Below, piece after piece: positions 1 to 8,997 of a stretch of 64,000 bases of DNA. Origin of the DNA: an uncultured delta proteobacterium. Lineage in GTDB: Bacteria > Myxococcota > Myxococcia > Myxococcales > Anaeromyxobacteraceae. The stretch is taken from assembly GCA_963814585.1 (NCBI GenBank), contig CAWFDF010000014.1, forward strand, positions 192,001 to 256,000. Direction: 5' to 3'. Every line of letters starts with the position of its first letter. Position 1 is the first letter of the stretch. The notes beneath the pieces were generated by a model. That model searched no databases. It had not been told where the DNA came from and saw only the letters and a program-made list of their open reading frames with translations. The position numbers and the translations under genes were made by a program.

Positions 1-196
1 GCAGGTTCTCGCCGTGGACCGACCTGGCGAAGGCGTCCTGGTCGATGGAGAGCGGCAGCTTCTCGCCGCTGGCCAGCGTGAAGGTCTCCTTGGGATCGGT
101 GTGGCACCCGAGGCAGTCCTCCTGCTCGGCCGGGATGGCCGCCGACGCGGCCGTGGCCACCAGGAGGAAGGCTGCCGCGCACATCGTCATTCTCAT
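1..196 (-). CDS. Periplasmic c-type cytochrome, probably multiheme; only the 5' part is in the window
   Basis: Not in the ORF track. Manual translation from ATG at 196 gives MRMTMCAAAFLLVATAASAAIPAEQEDCLGCHTDPKETFTLASGEKLPLSIDQDAFARSVHGENL: signal peptide, CLGCH heme motif and an 'SVHG' distal-His motif. Confidence 0.8.
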   Translation of the reverse strand, partial: MRMTMCAAAFLLVATAASAAIPAEQEDCLGCHTDPKETFTLASGEKLPLSIDQDAFARSVHGENL

Positions 197-246
197 CGTG
201 AGCCCCAGGGCGCGAGCGGCCGCTCGTGCCAGATCCGGTTCGTTCC

Positions 247-313
247 AAACGGTGCGTCATTCCTAGCAGGGCGCGGCGGATCGCGCCCTGCGGCGAATGA
301 CCACGCGTCATTC
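247..313. promoter_or_regulatory. Candidate transcription-factor operator(s) in the divergent cytochrome/purU spacer
   Basis: Perfect 7-5-7 palindrome GAATGAC-CACGC-GTCATTC at 295-313. A second GTCATTC half-site lies at 256-262, and a 10-bp GC stem (266-291) lies between them. Confidence 0.4.
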
Positions 314-378
314 CGCACCACGGGTGCGAGAGGCGTGGCGAATTGATCCCGAGCAGGATCCTGCTACCTTCCCGGGCC

Positions 379-1239
379 GTGCCCGACCCTCGCGCCATCC
401 TCCTGGTCCGCTGCCCGGACCAGCCCGGCATCATCGCCGCCATCTCCGGCTTCCTCTTCCAGCACGGCGCCAACATCATCGACTTCGATCAGCACTCGAC
501 CGACGACGACGGCGGCGTCTACTTCACCCGGCTGGAGTTCCAGACCAGCCGCGTCGACCTGCCGATCGACGACCTGCGCCGCGCCTTCGAGGCCGAGGTG
601 GCCCGGCGCTTCGCCATGACCTGGCGCCTCTCGGTGCCGAGGCCGCGCAGGCGGGTGGCCGTGCTGGTGTCGCGCCACGACCACGCCCTGCTGGAGCTGC
701 TCTGGACCTGGCAGCGCGGCGAGCTGCCCGCCGAGATCTCGCTGGTGATCTCGAACCACCCCGACCTGCGCGGGGCGGTGGAGGGCTTCGGAGTCCGCTT
801 CGAGCACGTCCCCAACGGCCCCGACCGGCGCCAGGCCGCCGAGCGGCGCATGGTGGAACTGCTCGACGCCGCCGCCGAGGTGGTGGTGCTCGCCCGCTAC
901 ATGCAGATCCTCTCGGGCGAGTTCGCGGCCCGCTACCGCGAGCGGCTCATCAACATCCATCACAGCTTCCTGCCCGCCTTCGCCGGCGCCGATCCGTATC
1001 GCCAGGCGCACGAGCGGGGCGTCAAGATCGTCGGGGCCACCGCCCACTACGTCACCGAGGCGCTCGACGCCGGCCCCATCATCGAGCAGGACGTGGCCCG
1101 GGTCTCGCACCGTGACGAGGTGGACGACCTGAAGCGCCTGGGGCGCGACCTGGAGCGGCGGGTGCTGGCCCGGGCGGTGCGCTGGCACTGCGAGGACCGG
1201 GTGCTGGTCCATGGGAACAGGACCGTCGTGTTCGCGTGA
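379..1239 (+). CDS. purU: Formyltetrahydrofolate deformylase
   Basis: N-terminal ACT domain (CPDQPGII), then VLARYMQIL, INIHHSFLPAF, GVKIVGATAHYVT and GPIIEQ, ending GNRTVVF. GTG at 379 is preferred over the ORF-track start at 343. Confidence 0.95.
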   Translation: MPDPRAILLVRCPDQPGIIAAISGFLFQHGANIIDFDQHSTDDDGGVYFTRLEFQTSRVDLPIDDLRRAFEAEVARRFAMTWRLSVPRPRRRVAVLVSRHDHALLELLWTWQRGELPAEISLVISNHPDLRGAVEGFGVRFEHVPNGPDRRQAAERRMVELLDAAAEVVVLARYMQILSGEFAARYRERLINIHHSFLPAFAGADPYRQAHERGVKIVGATAHYVTEALDAGPIIEQDVARVSHRDEVDDLKRLGRDLERRVLARAVRWHCEDRVLVHGNRTVVFA

Positions 1240-1321
1240 CGGCGCCTCCTCCCGGCGGCTCCAGCGCCTGGGCGCCGGGTGCGTTGACGCCCCGGCGCCT
1301 GCGCCCTATGACGGCAGCCGC

Positions 1322-2794
1322 ATGATCCCCGCGCCCTCACCCCTCGCCACCCCCCAGCGCCCGGTCCGGCCGGCGTGGGCCGCCGCCCTGCTCTCCGTGG
1401 CGCTGGCCGGGTGCAGCGCCTTCTTCCCCTCGAGCTACGCCGAGCGGCGGCTGGCCGAGCCCCTCCCCACCGGCGCGCCCCCGGCGCCGCCACCCGAGCC
1501 GGCCCCGCCCCCACCCACGGCGCCCGGGGCCTCCGACGTGGCCCCCGCCGCCACCCGCAGCGTGAGCGGACTGGCCGACATGCTCGACCTGGCGCTGCGC
1601 CACGACCCGGGGACGCGCGCGGCCTGGCTCGATGCGCGCGCCGCCGCCAGCGCGGCCGGGGCCCGCCGCGCCGCCTGGCTCCCCACGGTCGAGGGCGACG
1701 CCGGGCTGCAGCGCGCCCAGGCGCCCAGCTCCACCTCGTGGGAGGCCCGCCGCACCGACGCCTCCGTCTCGGCGCGGCTCACCTGGCTGCTGCTCGACCT
1801 CGGCGCCCGCAGCGCCTCGCAGGACGAGGCCAACCAGCAATTGCTGGCCGCCCGGCTGGCCCACGAGACCGCGGTGCTCGACCTGGCTCTCCGCGTGGAG
1901 GAGACCTGGTACGGCTACCAGACCTCGCGAGCGCTGCTGGCGGCCGCCGACGCCACCATCAAGCAGGCCGAGACCAGCCTGAGGGCCGCCGAGGAGCGGC
2001 GCGCCGCCGGCGCCGCCACCGTGGCCGACGTGCTGCAGGCCAGGACCGCCCTCTCCCAGCTCTGGCTGGACGTGCAACGCGTCGAGGGGCAGTCGGCGGT
2101 GCTGCGCGGGAGGCTGGCCTCGCTGGCCGGACTGCCGCCGACCGTCGAGCTCACGGTGCCGCCGCTCCCCGAGGACGTCCACGCCGATCAGGCCATGCCC
2201 GAGGTGACGCGGCTGCTCGACGAGGCGGCCCGCGCCAACCCCGACCTGGCCCGGGCCCGGGCGCTCGCGGACGCCGCCGACGCCCGGGCCCGGGCCGTCT
2301 CACGCGCCGACCTCCCCACCCTCTCCGGCGTGGCCAGCGCCGGCTCCGACTGGCCGCTGGCGCCGGAGAGCGACCGCTACACCTTCTGGAGCGCCGGGCT
2401 GCTGCTCCGCGTCCCGCTCTTCGCCGGCGGCCGTCCCACCTTCGACGCCGCCAGCGCCCGGGCCACCGCCGAGGCGGCCCAGCAGCGCACCGAGGCGGCC
2501 GGTCGGCAGGTGCAGCTCGACGTCTGGACCGCCTACCAGGCGCTCCGCACCGCCGCGCGCCGCGGCCAGACCGCCCGGGACCTGCTGGCCTCGGCCACCG
2601 AGGGCGTCGAGGTGGCCAACGGCCGCTACCGCGAGGGCCTCGGCTCGATCCTCGACCTGCTCTCGTCCCAGTCGGCCCTGGAGAGCGCCCGCGCCGAGGA
2701 GATCCTGGCCCGCGCCGACTGGCTGCTGGCGCTGGCCCGCCTGGCGCGCGCCACCGGCCGCCTGGTCCCCGCCACCTCTGGAGCCGCGCCATGA
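1322..2794 (+). CDS. TolC-family outer membrane efflux lipoprotein
   Basis: LAGC lipobox and two OEP repeats (AGAATVADVLQA; YREGLGSILDLL). ATGA overlap with the adaptor gene. Confidence 0.85.
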   Translation: MIPAPSPLATPQRPVRPAWAAALLSVALAGCSAFFPSSYAERRLAEPLPTGAPPAPPPEPAPPPPTAPGASDVAPAATRSVSGLADMLDLALRHDPGTRAAWLDARAAASAAGARRAAWLPTVEGDAGLQRAQAPSSTSWEARRTDASVSARLTWLLLDLGARSASQDEANQQLLAARLAHETAVLDLALRVEETWYGYQTSRALLAAADATIKQAETSLRAAEERRAAGAATVADVLQARTALSQLWLDVQRVEGQSAVLRGRLASLAGLPPTVELTVPPLPEDVHADQAMPEVTRLLDEAARANPDLARARALADAADARARAVSRADLPTLSGVASAGSDWPLAPESDRYTFWSAGLLLRVPLFAGGRPTFDAASARATAEAAQQRTEAAGRQVQLDVWTAYQALRTAARRGQTARDLLASATEGVEVANGRYREGLGSILDLLSSQSALESARAEEILARADWLLALARLARATGRLVPATSGAAP

Positions 2795-3939
2795 TCCGCC
2801 CGACCCGCCTCCTCCCCCTGGCCGTCCTCCTCGCCGCCGCCCTCCCCGCCTGCCGCGGAGGCGACGCCACCGGCCGGGTCCAGAAGCCGGTCCAGGTGCG
2901 GCTGGCCACCGCCGTCGAGAAGGCGGTGCCGGTCGAGGTCCGCGCCGTGGGCCGGGTGGTCTCGGCCCGCTCGGTGGTGGTCCGCCCGCAGGTGACCGGC
3001 CAGCTGGTCGCCGTCCGGTTCACCGAGGGCCAGGTCGTCCGTGAGGGCGACCTGCTCTTCGAGATCGACCGGCGCCCGTTCGAGGCGGCGCTGGCGGAGG
3101 CCCGGGCCAACCTGGCCCGCGACCAGGCCCGCGCCGTGTCGGCCCGGGCCGACGCCACCCGCTACGAGGGGCTGGCCGCCAAGGAGTACGTGACCAGGCA
3201 GCAGGCCGAGGGGGCCCGGGCCGCCGCCGGGGCGCTCGACGCCACGCTCGACGCCGGCCGCGCCGCCATCGAGCGGGCCGAGCTCAACCTCGCCTACTGC
3301 GCCATCCGCTCGCCGCTGACCGGGCGCACCGGGCGGGTGCTGGTCCACGCCGGCAACCTGGTCAACGCCGGCACGCAGGACCTCGTCACCATCGAGCAGC
3401 AGAAGCCGCTGCTGGCCAGCTTCACGCTGCCGGAGCGCCACCTCGCTGCCCTGCGCGCCGCGGGTCCGGGCGCGGAGGTCACGGTCGAGCCGGCCAGCGG
3501 CGGGCCGAGCTCGCTCGGCACGGTCGAGTTCATCGACAACGCCGTCGACCAGGCCACCGGCACCGTGCTGGTGAAGGCGAAGGTGCCCAACCGGGACGAG
3601 GCGCTCTGGCCCGGGCAGGCGGTCGAGGTCCGGGTCCGGCTGTCCGACCGGCCGCGTGCCGTCGTGGTGCCGTCGGCGGCGGTGGCGCAGGGCCAGCAGG
3701 GCGACTACGCCTGGGTGGTGAGGGACGGCGCCGTCGAGGTCCGCCAGGTCTCCGTCGAGGAGGCCGGCGAGCGCGAGGTGGTGGTGCGGCAGGGGCTGGC
3801 CGCCGGCGAGCAGGTGGTCATCGAGGGGCAGATGAAGCTGGTTCCGGGAACCCGCGTCGAGCCGCTGCCGCCGCCCTCGGCCGCGCCCGCTCCGGCCGGC
3901 CCCGCCGCCGCGCCCGCCGCGGCGCCGGTGAAGCCGTGA
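2791..3939 (+). CDS. RND efflux periplasmic adaptor (MdtA-like)
   Basis: Lipobox LPAC, RPQVTG..FTEGQVVREGDLLFEID, IRSPLTGRTG, IDNAVDQATGTV. It is the C-terminal part of track ORF 1375..3939. Confidence 0.9.
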   Translation: MIRPTRLLPLAVLLAAALPACRGGDATGRVQKPVQVRLATAVEKAVPVEVRAVGRVVSARSVVVRPQVTGQLVAVRFTEGQVVREGDLLFEIDRRPFEAALAEARANLARDQARAVSARADATRYEGLAAKEYVTRQQAEGARAAAGALDATLDAGRAAIERAELNLAYCAIRSPLTGRTGRVLVHAGNLVNAGTQDLVTIEQQKPLLASFTLPERHLAALRAAGPGAEVTVEPASGGPSSLGTVEFIDNAVDQATGTVLVKAKVPNRDEALWPGQAVEVRVRLSDRPRAVVVPSAAVAQGQQGDYAWVVRDGAVEVRQVSVEEAGEREVVVRQGLAAGEQVVIEGQMKLVPGTRVEPLPPPSAAPAPAGPAAAPAAAPVKP

Positions 3940-6900
3940 ACATCTCCGAGCCCTTCATCCGGCGGCCGGTCGCCACCGCGCTGCTGACCGGCTCGCTCAT
4001 CATCTTCGGCGTCGTCGCCTACCGCCTGCTGCCGGTCTCCGATCTGCCGGCCGTCGACTACCCGACCATCCAGGTCTCGGCCTCGCTGCCGGGCGCCAGC
4101 CCGGAGACCATGGCCACCACCGTGGCCGCGCCGCTGGAGCGCCAGTTCTCGGCCATCGCCGGCCTGACCTCGATGAACTCCACCTCGGGCCAGGGGCAGA
4201 CGTCGATCACGCTCGAGTTCGACCTGGCCCGCAACCTCGACGGCGCGGCGCTCGACGTCCAGTCGGCCATCTCGGCGGCCGGTGGCCAGCTGCCGCCCAA
4301 CCTCCCGGCCGCCCCCACCTACCGCAAGGTCAACCCGGCCGACGAGCCCATCATCTACCTGGCCATCACCTCGCCGACCCTGCCGCTCTCCATGCTCAAC
4401 CGTTACGGGCAGGACATCGTCGCCCAGCGGCTCGCCACCATCCCCGGCGTGGCGCAGGTGCAGGTGTTCGGCTCGCAGAAGTACGCGGTCCGGGTGCAGG
4501 TCGATCCCCGCGCCCTCACCTCCCGCGGCATCGGCCTCGACGAGCTGGCGCAGGCCATCCGCGGCCAGAACTCCAACCTGCCCACCGGCGTGGTGCAGGG
4601 CACCTCCCGCTCCTACACCGTCGAGGCCACCGGCGGCCTGGAGCGGGCCAGCGAGTTCGGCAGCGCGGTGGTGGCCTACCGGAACGGGGCGCCGGTCCGC
4701 CTCGCCGACCTCGGCCGCGTCCGCGACGGGGTCGAGAACGAGAACACCGCCGCCTGGTTCTACCGGGACGGCCAGGAGCGGCGGGCCATCGTGATGGCGG
4801 TGATGCGCCAGCCCGGCACCAACACCGTGGCGGTGGCCGAGGCCGTCAACCAGATGCTGCCGCTGGTGGAGGCCCAGCTGCCGGCCGCGGCCCGGCTCTT
4901 CGTGCTCTACGACCGCGCCGTCTCCATCCGCGAGTCGGTCGCCGACGTGAAGTTCACGCTCTGGCTGACGCTCGGGCTGGTGGTGCTGGTCATCTTCGTC
5001 TTCCTGCGCAACCTCCCGGCCACCGTCATCCCCTCGCTGGCGCTGCCGGTCTCGCTGCTCGGCACCTTCGCGCTGATGTGGTGGGCCGGCTACAGCCTCG
5101 ACAACCTCTCGCTGATGGCGCTGACGCTGGCGGTCGGCTTCGTGGTCGACGACGCCATCGTCATGCTGGAGAACGTGGTCCGCCACCAGGAGATGGGGAA
5201 GCCGCCGCTGCAGGCGGCGCTGGAGGGCTCGCGTGAGGTGGCCTTCACCATCGTCTCCATGACCATCTCGCTGGCGGCGGTCTTCCTCCCCATCCTCTTC
5301 ATGCCCGGGCTGGTGGGCCGGCTCTTCCACGAGTTCGCCGTCACCATCGGCTCGGCCATCCTGGTCTCCGGCCTGGTCTCGCTGACGCTGACCCCCATGC
5401 TGTGCGCCCGCTTCCTTCGCCACGCCCCGCACGCCCAGCGCCACGGCGCCCTCTACCAGTGGACCGAGCGCGGCTTCGAGGCCACCATCCGCCTCTACGA
5501 CCGCGGCCTGCGCTGGTCGCTGGACCACCCGCGCCGGGTGATGGCCTTCTCGGCCGTGGTGCTGGTGTCGATGGTGCCGCTCTGGAACATGGTGCCCAAG
5601 GGCTTCCTTCCCATCGACGACACCGGCCGGGTTCGCGGCGTCACCGAAGGACCGGAGGGGACCAGCTTCGACGCCATGGCCCGGACCCAGCGCGCCGCCG
5701 CGGCGCTGGTGGCCTCGCAGCCCGAGGTGGAGCAGTTCATGTCCTCGGTCGGCGCCCGCGGCGTGGGCGGCGTGACCCAGGGGATCATGTTCATGAAGCT
5801 GAAGGACCACGCGGTGCGGCGCCACGTCGACGCCGTGGTGGCGGACCTGCGCGCCCTCATGACCCGGGTGCCGGGGCTGCGGGTCATCTTCCAGGTGCCG
5901 CCCCCCATCTCGCTGGGCGGCGGCGGGCGGGCCCTGTACACGGTGACGCTGCAGGACGCCGATCTGCAGGGGCTCTACCAGGCGGCGCCGGCCTTCGAGG
6001 CGGCCCTTCGGGCCCTCCCCGAGTTGCAGGACGTCACCAGCGACCTGCGCCTCGCCAGCCCGCGGCTCAAGGTGGAGATCGACCGCGACCGGGCCGCGCT
6101 GCTGGGCGTGCCGGCCCAGGCGGTCGAGGAGGCGCTCTACTCCGCGTACGGGTCGCGCCAGGTCTCGACCATCATGGCGCCGGAGGACCAGTACCAGGTG
6201 ATCCTGGAGCTGCTCCCGGAGCTGCGCACCGACCCGCAGGCCCTCTCCTGGCTGCACCTGCGCGGCCCGGGCGGCAAGCTGGTCCCGCTCGAGGCGCTGG
6301 CCCGGGTGGAGCGGTCGGTCGGGCCGCTCACCGTGAGCCACGCCGGCCAGCTCCCGGCGGTCAACGTCTCCTTCAACCTGAGGCCGGGGCGGGCCATCGG
6401 CGACGCGGTGACCGCCATCGACAGGACGGCGGCGGCGACGCTGCCGCCCACGGTGGTGACGCGCTTCCAGGGGGCGGCCCAGGCCTTCCGCGACTCGCTC
6501 ACCGGGCTCGGGCTGCTGCTGGCCGTCTCCATCCTGGTCATCTACGTGGTGCTGGGCGTGCTCTACGAGAGCTTCGCCCACCCGGTGACCATCCTCACCG
6601 CCCTCCCCTTCGCCGGCTTCGGGGCGCTGGTGACGCTCTGGATCTTCCGCGCCGAGCTCTCGGTCTACGCCTTCGTCGGCATCGTCATGCTGGTCGGCCT
6701 GGTCAAGAAGAACGGCATCATGATGGTCGACTTCGCCCTCGAGGCGCAGCGCGCCGGGGCGAGCGCCCGGGACGCCATCCACCAGGCCTCCATCACCCGC
6801 TTCCGCCCCATCATGATGACCACCATGGCGGCGCTCTTCGGGACGCTGCCCCTGGCCATCGGCATCGGGGCGGGCGCCGAGGGGCGCCGGCCGCTGGGCC

Positions 6901-7016
6901 TGGCAGTGGTGGGAGGCCTGGTCTTCTCGCAGTTCTTGACGCTCTACGTCACGCCGGTGTTCTACGTACTCATCGACCGGTGGCGGCCATCCGAGAAGCC
7001 TCGCCCCAGGACATAG
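3936..7016 (+). CDS. RND efflux permease (MdtB/MdtC-like)
   Basis: MNISEPFIRRPVAT start, GFVVDDAIVMLEN, GLVKKNGIMMVDFA, RFRPIMMTT; 1026 aa. Confidence 0.95.
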   Translation: MNISEPFIRRPVATALLTGSLIIFGVVAYRLLPVSDLPAVDYPTIQVSASLPGASPETMATTVAAPLERQFSAIAGLTSMNSTSGQGQTSITLEFDLARNLDGAALDVQSAISAAGGQLPPNLPAAPTYRKVNPADEPIIYLAITSPTLPLSMLNRYGQDIVAQRLATIPGVAQVQVFGSQKYAVRVQVDPRALTSRGIGLDELAQAIRGQNSNLPTGVVQGTSRSYTVEATGGLERASEFGSAVVAYRNGAPVRLADLGRVRDGVENENTAAWFYRDGQERRAIVMAVMRQPGTNTVAVAEAVNQMLPLVEAQLPAAARLFVLYDRAVSIRESVADVKFTLWLTLGLVVLVIFVFLRNLPATVIPSLALPVSLLGTFALMWWAGYSLDNLSLMALTLAVGFVVDDAIVMLENVVRHQEMGKPPLQAALEGSREVAFTIVSMTISLAAVFLPILFMPGLVGRLFHEFAVTIGSAILVSGLVSLTLTPMLCARFLRHAPHAQRHGALYQWTERGFEATIRLYDRGLRWSLDHPRRVMAFSAVVLVSMVPLWNMVPKGFLPIDDTGRVRGVTEGPEGTSFDAMARTQRAAAALVASQPEVEQFMSSVGARGVGGVTQGIMFMKLKDHAVRRHVDAVVADLRALMTRVPGLRVIFQVPPPISLGGGGRALYTVTLQDADLQGLYQAAPAFEAALRALPELQDVTSDLRLASPRLKVEIDRDRAALLGVPAQAVEEALYSAYGSRQVSTIMAPEDQYQVILELLPELRTDPQALSWLHLRGPGGKLVPLEALARVERSVGPLTVSHAGQLPAVNVSFNLRPGRAIGDAVTAIDRTAAATLPPTVVTRFQGAAQAFRDSLTGLGLLLAVSILVIYVVLGVLYESFAHPVTILTALPFAGFGALVTLWIFRAELSVYAFVGIVMLVGLVKKNGIMMVDFALEAQRAGASARDAIHQASITRFRPIMMTTMAALFGTLPLAIGIGAGAEGRRPLGLAVVGGLVFSQFLTLYVTPVFYVLIDRWRPSEKPRPRT

Positions 7017-7029
7017 ACTATACAACAGC

Positions 7030-7058
7030 TTGACGTTGACCTGACGGACGCCTAAGTC
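7030..7058 (+). promoter_or_regulatory. Possible sigma70-type promoter of the exbB operon
   Basis: TTGACG-N17-TAAGTC in a lower-GC spacer; the -10 box is imperfect. Confidence 0.3.
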
Positions 7059-7112
7059 CGGGATCAACCAGCCACAGCTTCCTGGCCCGAACCACCACAA
7101 GGGGTTGAAGAC

Positions 7113-7775
7113 ATGCTGACCCAGAAGCTCCTCGACCTGACCGCCGGCTTCGGCGCCGACTGGGTCAACTTCGTCCTGGTCGGCGTCTCCATCGTCGGCC
7201 TCGGCGTCTTCATCGATCGGGTCGTCTTCTACGCCCGGACCGCCGAGCGGTTCCCCGGGCTCAAGGCCGCCTTCTCGTCCGCCCTCGCAGCCGGTGACCT
7301 GACGGGCGCGCTGCGCGCCGTCGAGGGGGACTCCCTGGCGCGAAACGTGGTCCGCGCCGGCCTCGAGCTGGCGGCCCGCGGGGAGCGGCAGCCGGCCTCG
7401 GTGGAGCAGGCCATGCTCGGACAGCTCTCCGAGGAGCGGGGCCGCTACGAGGCCCGGCTCTCGGTGCTCGCCACCATCGGGAACATCGCGCCGCTCATCG
7501 GGCTGCTGGGCACCGTCATCGGCATCGTCGGGGCCTTCTACGTGCTCGGGAAGGTGGGGACGGTGCAGGCCTCCTCGAACTCGCTGGTGATGGCCTCCAT
7601 CGGCGAGGCGCTGGTGGTCACCGGCTTCGGCATCACCGTGGCGGTCCCGGCGGTGGTGGCCTTCAACGGCCTCAAGGCCCACGTCAACGGCCGGCTCAAG
7701 CAGGCCGAGGCGCTGTGCCGGGAGCTGGTGGCCAACCTGCCCCGGCTGGACACCGACGGCGGGGCGGAGAACTGA
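7113..7775 (+). CDS. exbB: MotA/TolQ/ExbB proton channel protein
   Basis: LATIGNIAPLIGLLGTVIGI and IGEALVVTGFGITVAVPA signatures. Confidence 0.9.
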   Translation: MLTQKLLDLTAGFGADWVNFVLVGVSIVGLGVFIDRVVFYARTAERFPGLKAAFSSALAAGDLTGALRAVEGDSLARNVVRAGLELAARGERQPASVEQAMLGQLSEERGRYEARLSVLATIGNIAPLIGLLGTVIGIVGAFYVLGKVGTVQASSNSLVMASIGEALVVTGFGITVAVPAVVAFNGLKAHVNGRLKQAEALCRELVANLPRLDTDGGAEN

Positions 7776-7779
7776 GACC

Positions 7780-8226
7780 ATGGCCAGCAACTGGGGCGGC
7801 GCCGGTGACGAGGAGCTGATCGGCGGCGTCAACGTCACGCCCATCGTCGACGTCTGCCTGACCCTGCTGGTGGTCTTCATCGTCACCGCCTCGCAGGTGG
7901 TGAACCGGTCGATGCCGGTCAACCTGCCGATGGCCGCGTCGGCCGAGAGCGCGCCGCCGTCGATCCTCAACGTGGCCATCGCCCGGAACGGCGAGGTCTT
8001 CATCAACGGCGCCCCGGCCCGGCTCTCCGACATCCCGCGCGAGGTCGAGGCCGCCAGGGCCCGGGCCGCCTCCGCCGGCGCCGGCGCCGATGCCAGGCTG
8101 GCCGGCTTCGTCTCCGCCGACGTCGACGCCCCGTACGGCAAGTTCGCCGAGGCGGTCGACCAGCTCCGCATCGCCGGCGTCAACGACATCGCGCTCGACA
8201 CCCAGCCCCCCGGCGCGAACCCCTGA
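7780..8226 (+). CDS. exbD: ExbD/TolR biopolymer transport protein
   Basis: VNVTPIVDVCLTLLVVFIVT transmembrane motif with the conserved Asp; ADVDAPYG. Confidence 0.9.
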   Translation: MASNWGGAGDEELIGGVNVTPIVDVCLTLLVVFIVTASQVVNRSMPVNLPMAASAESAPPSILNVAIARNGEVFINGAPARLSDIPREVEAARARAASAGAGADARLAGFVSADVDAPYGKFAEAVDQLRIAGVNDIALDTQPPGANP

Positions 8227-8236
8227 AGCTCGTCCC

Positions 8237-8992
8237 GTGACCCTGGTCCGTTCCCGCTTCTGGCCGTCGCTCCTGGCCGCCGGCGTCCTCCACCTCGCCG
8301 CCGGGGCCTGGGTCGCCACCCGTCCACCGCCGCGCCTGCAGCCGCGGCGGCCGCCGACCACGGTGCGGCTGGTGGCCCGGGAACGCCCGGCGCCGCCGGA
8401 GGCGCTCAAGCCCAGGGCGCCCGAGCCGGCCAGGCCGCCCCCGCTGGTCTCCAGCAGGCCCAGCGCGCCGGCCCGCGCCGCGCCGCCACCCACGCCGGCT
8501 GCCCCGCAGCCGCCCGGCACGCCGCCCCCGCAGCCTCGCCGCTTCGCCGTCTCCATGGACGCGGTGGTGACGTCCGGCACCGGCGGCATCGCCGTGCCCA
8601 CCACCGCCGGGCCCACCGCCGCTCGAGGCGACCCCGGCGCGCCCGCCTCGGCCTCGGCCGGGGACAACACCGCCTTCGCCAGCCGACCCTCCGACGTGAC
8701 CGACCTGGAGCAGGCGCCCCGGCTGCTGCGCCAGCCGTCCCGGCTCGACCTGCGCGCCCTCTACCCCGAGGCGGCGCGCCGGGAGGGTCTCGAGGCCAAC
8801 GTCGAGGTGGAGCTGCTGGTCGACGAGACCGGCGCCGTGCGCGAGGCCCGCGTCGTCGAGGGCGGCGGTGGCCCCTTCGACGAGGCCGTCCAGCGGCTGG
8901 CCCGCCTGCTCGCCTTCTCTCCCGGCACCCGCGGGGGCCGTCCCGTCCCGGTGCGCTACGCCTGGACCTTCAAGTTCCGGCTCGACGAGTGA
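8237..8992 (+). CDS. tonB: TonB-family energy transducer
   Basis: N-terminal TM with S-x6-H, Pro-rich linker, C-terminal YPEAARREGLEANV...VDETGAV TonB-C domain. GTG start at 8237. Confidence 0.85.
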   Translation: MTLVRSRFWPSLLAAGVLHLAAGAWVATRPPPRLQPRRPPTTVRLVARERPAPPEALKPRAPEPARPPPLVSSRPSAPARAAPPPTPAAPQPPGTPPPQPRRFAVSMDAVVTSGTGGIAVPTTAGPTAARGDPGAPASASAGDNTAFASRPSDVTDLEQAPRLLRQPSRLDLRALYPEAARREGLEANVEVELLVDETGAVREARVVEGGGGPFDEAVQRLARLLAFSPGTRGGRPVPVRYAWTFKFRLDE

Positions 8993-8997
8993 CCTCC

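Noticed and set aside
3705..8327. 1540-aa minus-strand ORF and many similar long overlapping ORFs (e.g. 14919..18341, 27249..30500, 35711..38815, 40146..43049)
   Set aside because: Shadow frames of well-supported genes in very high-GC DNA, with Arg/Gly/Pro-rich, motif-free translations.
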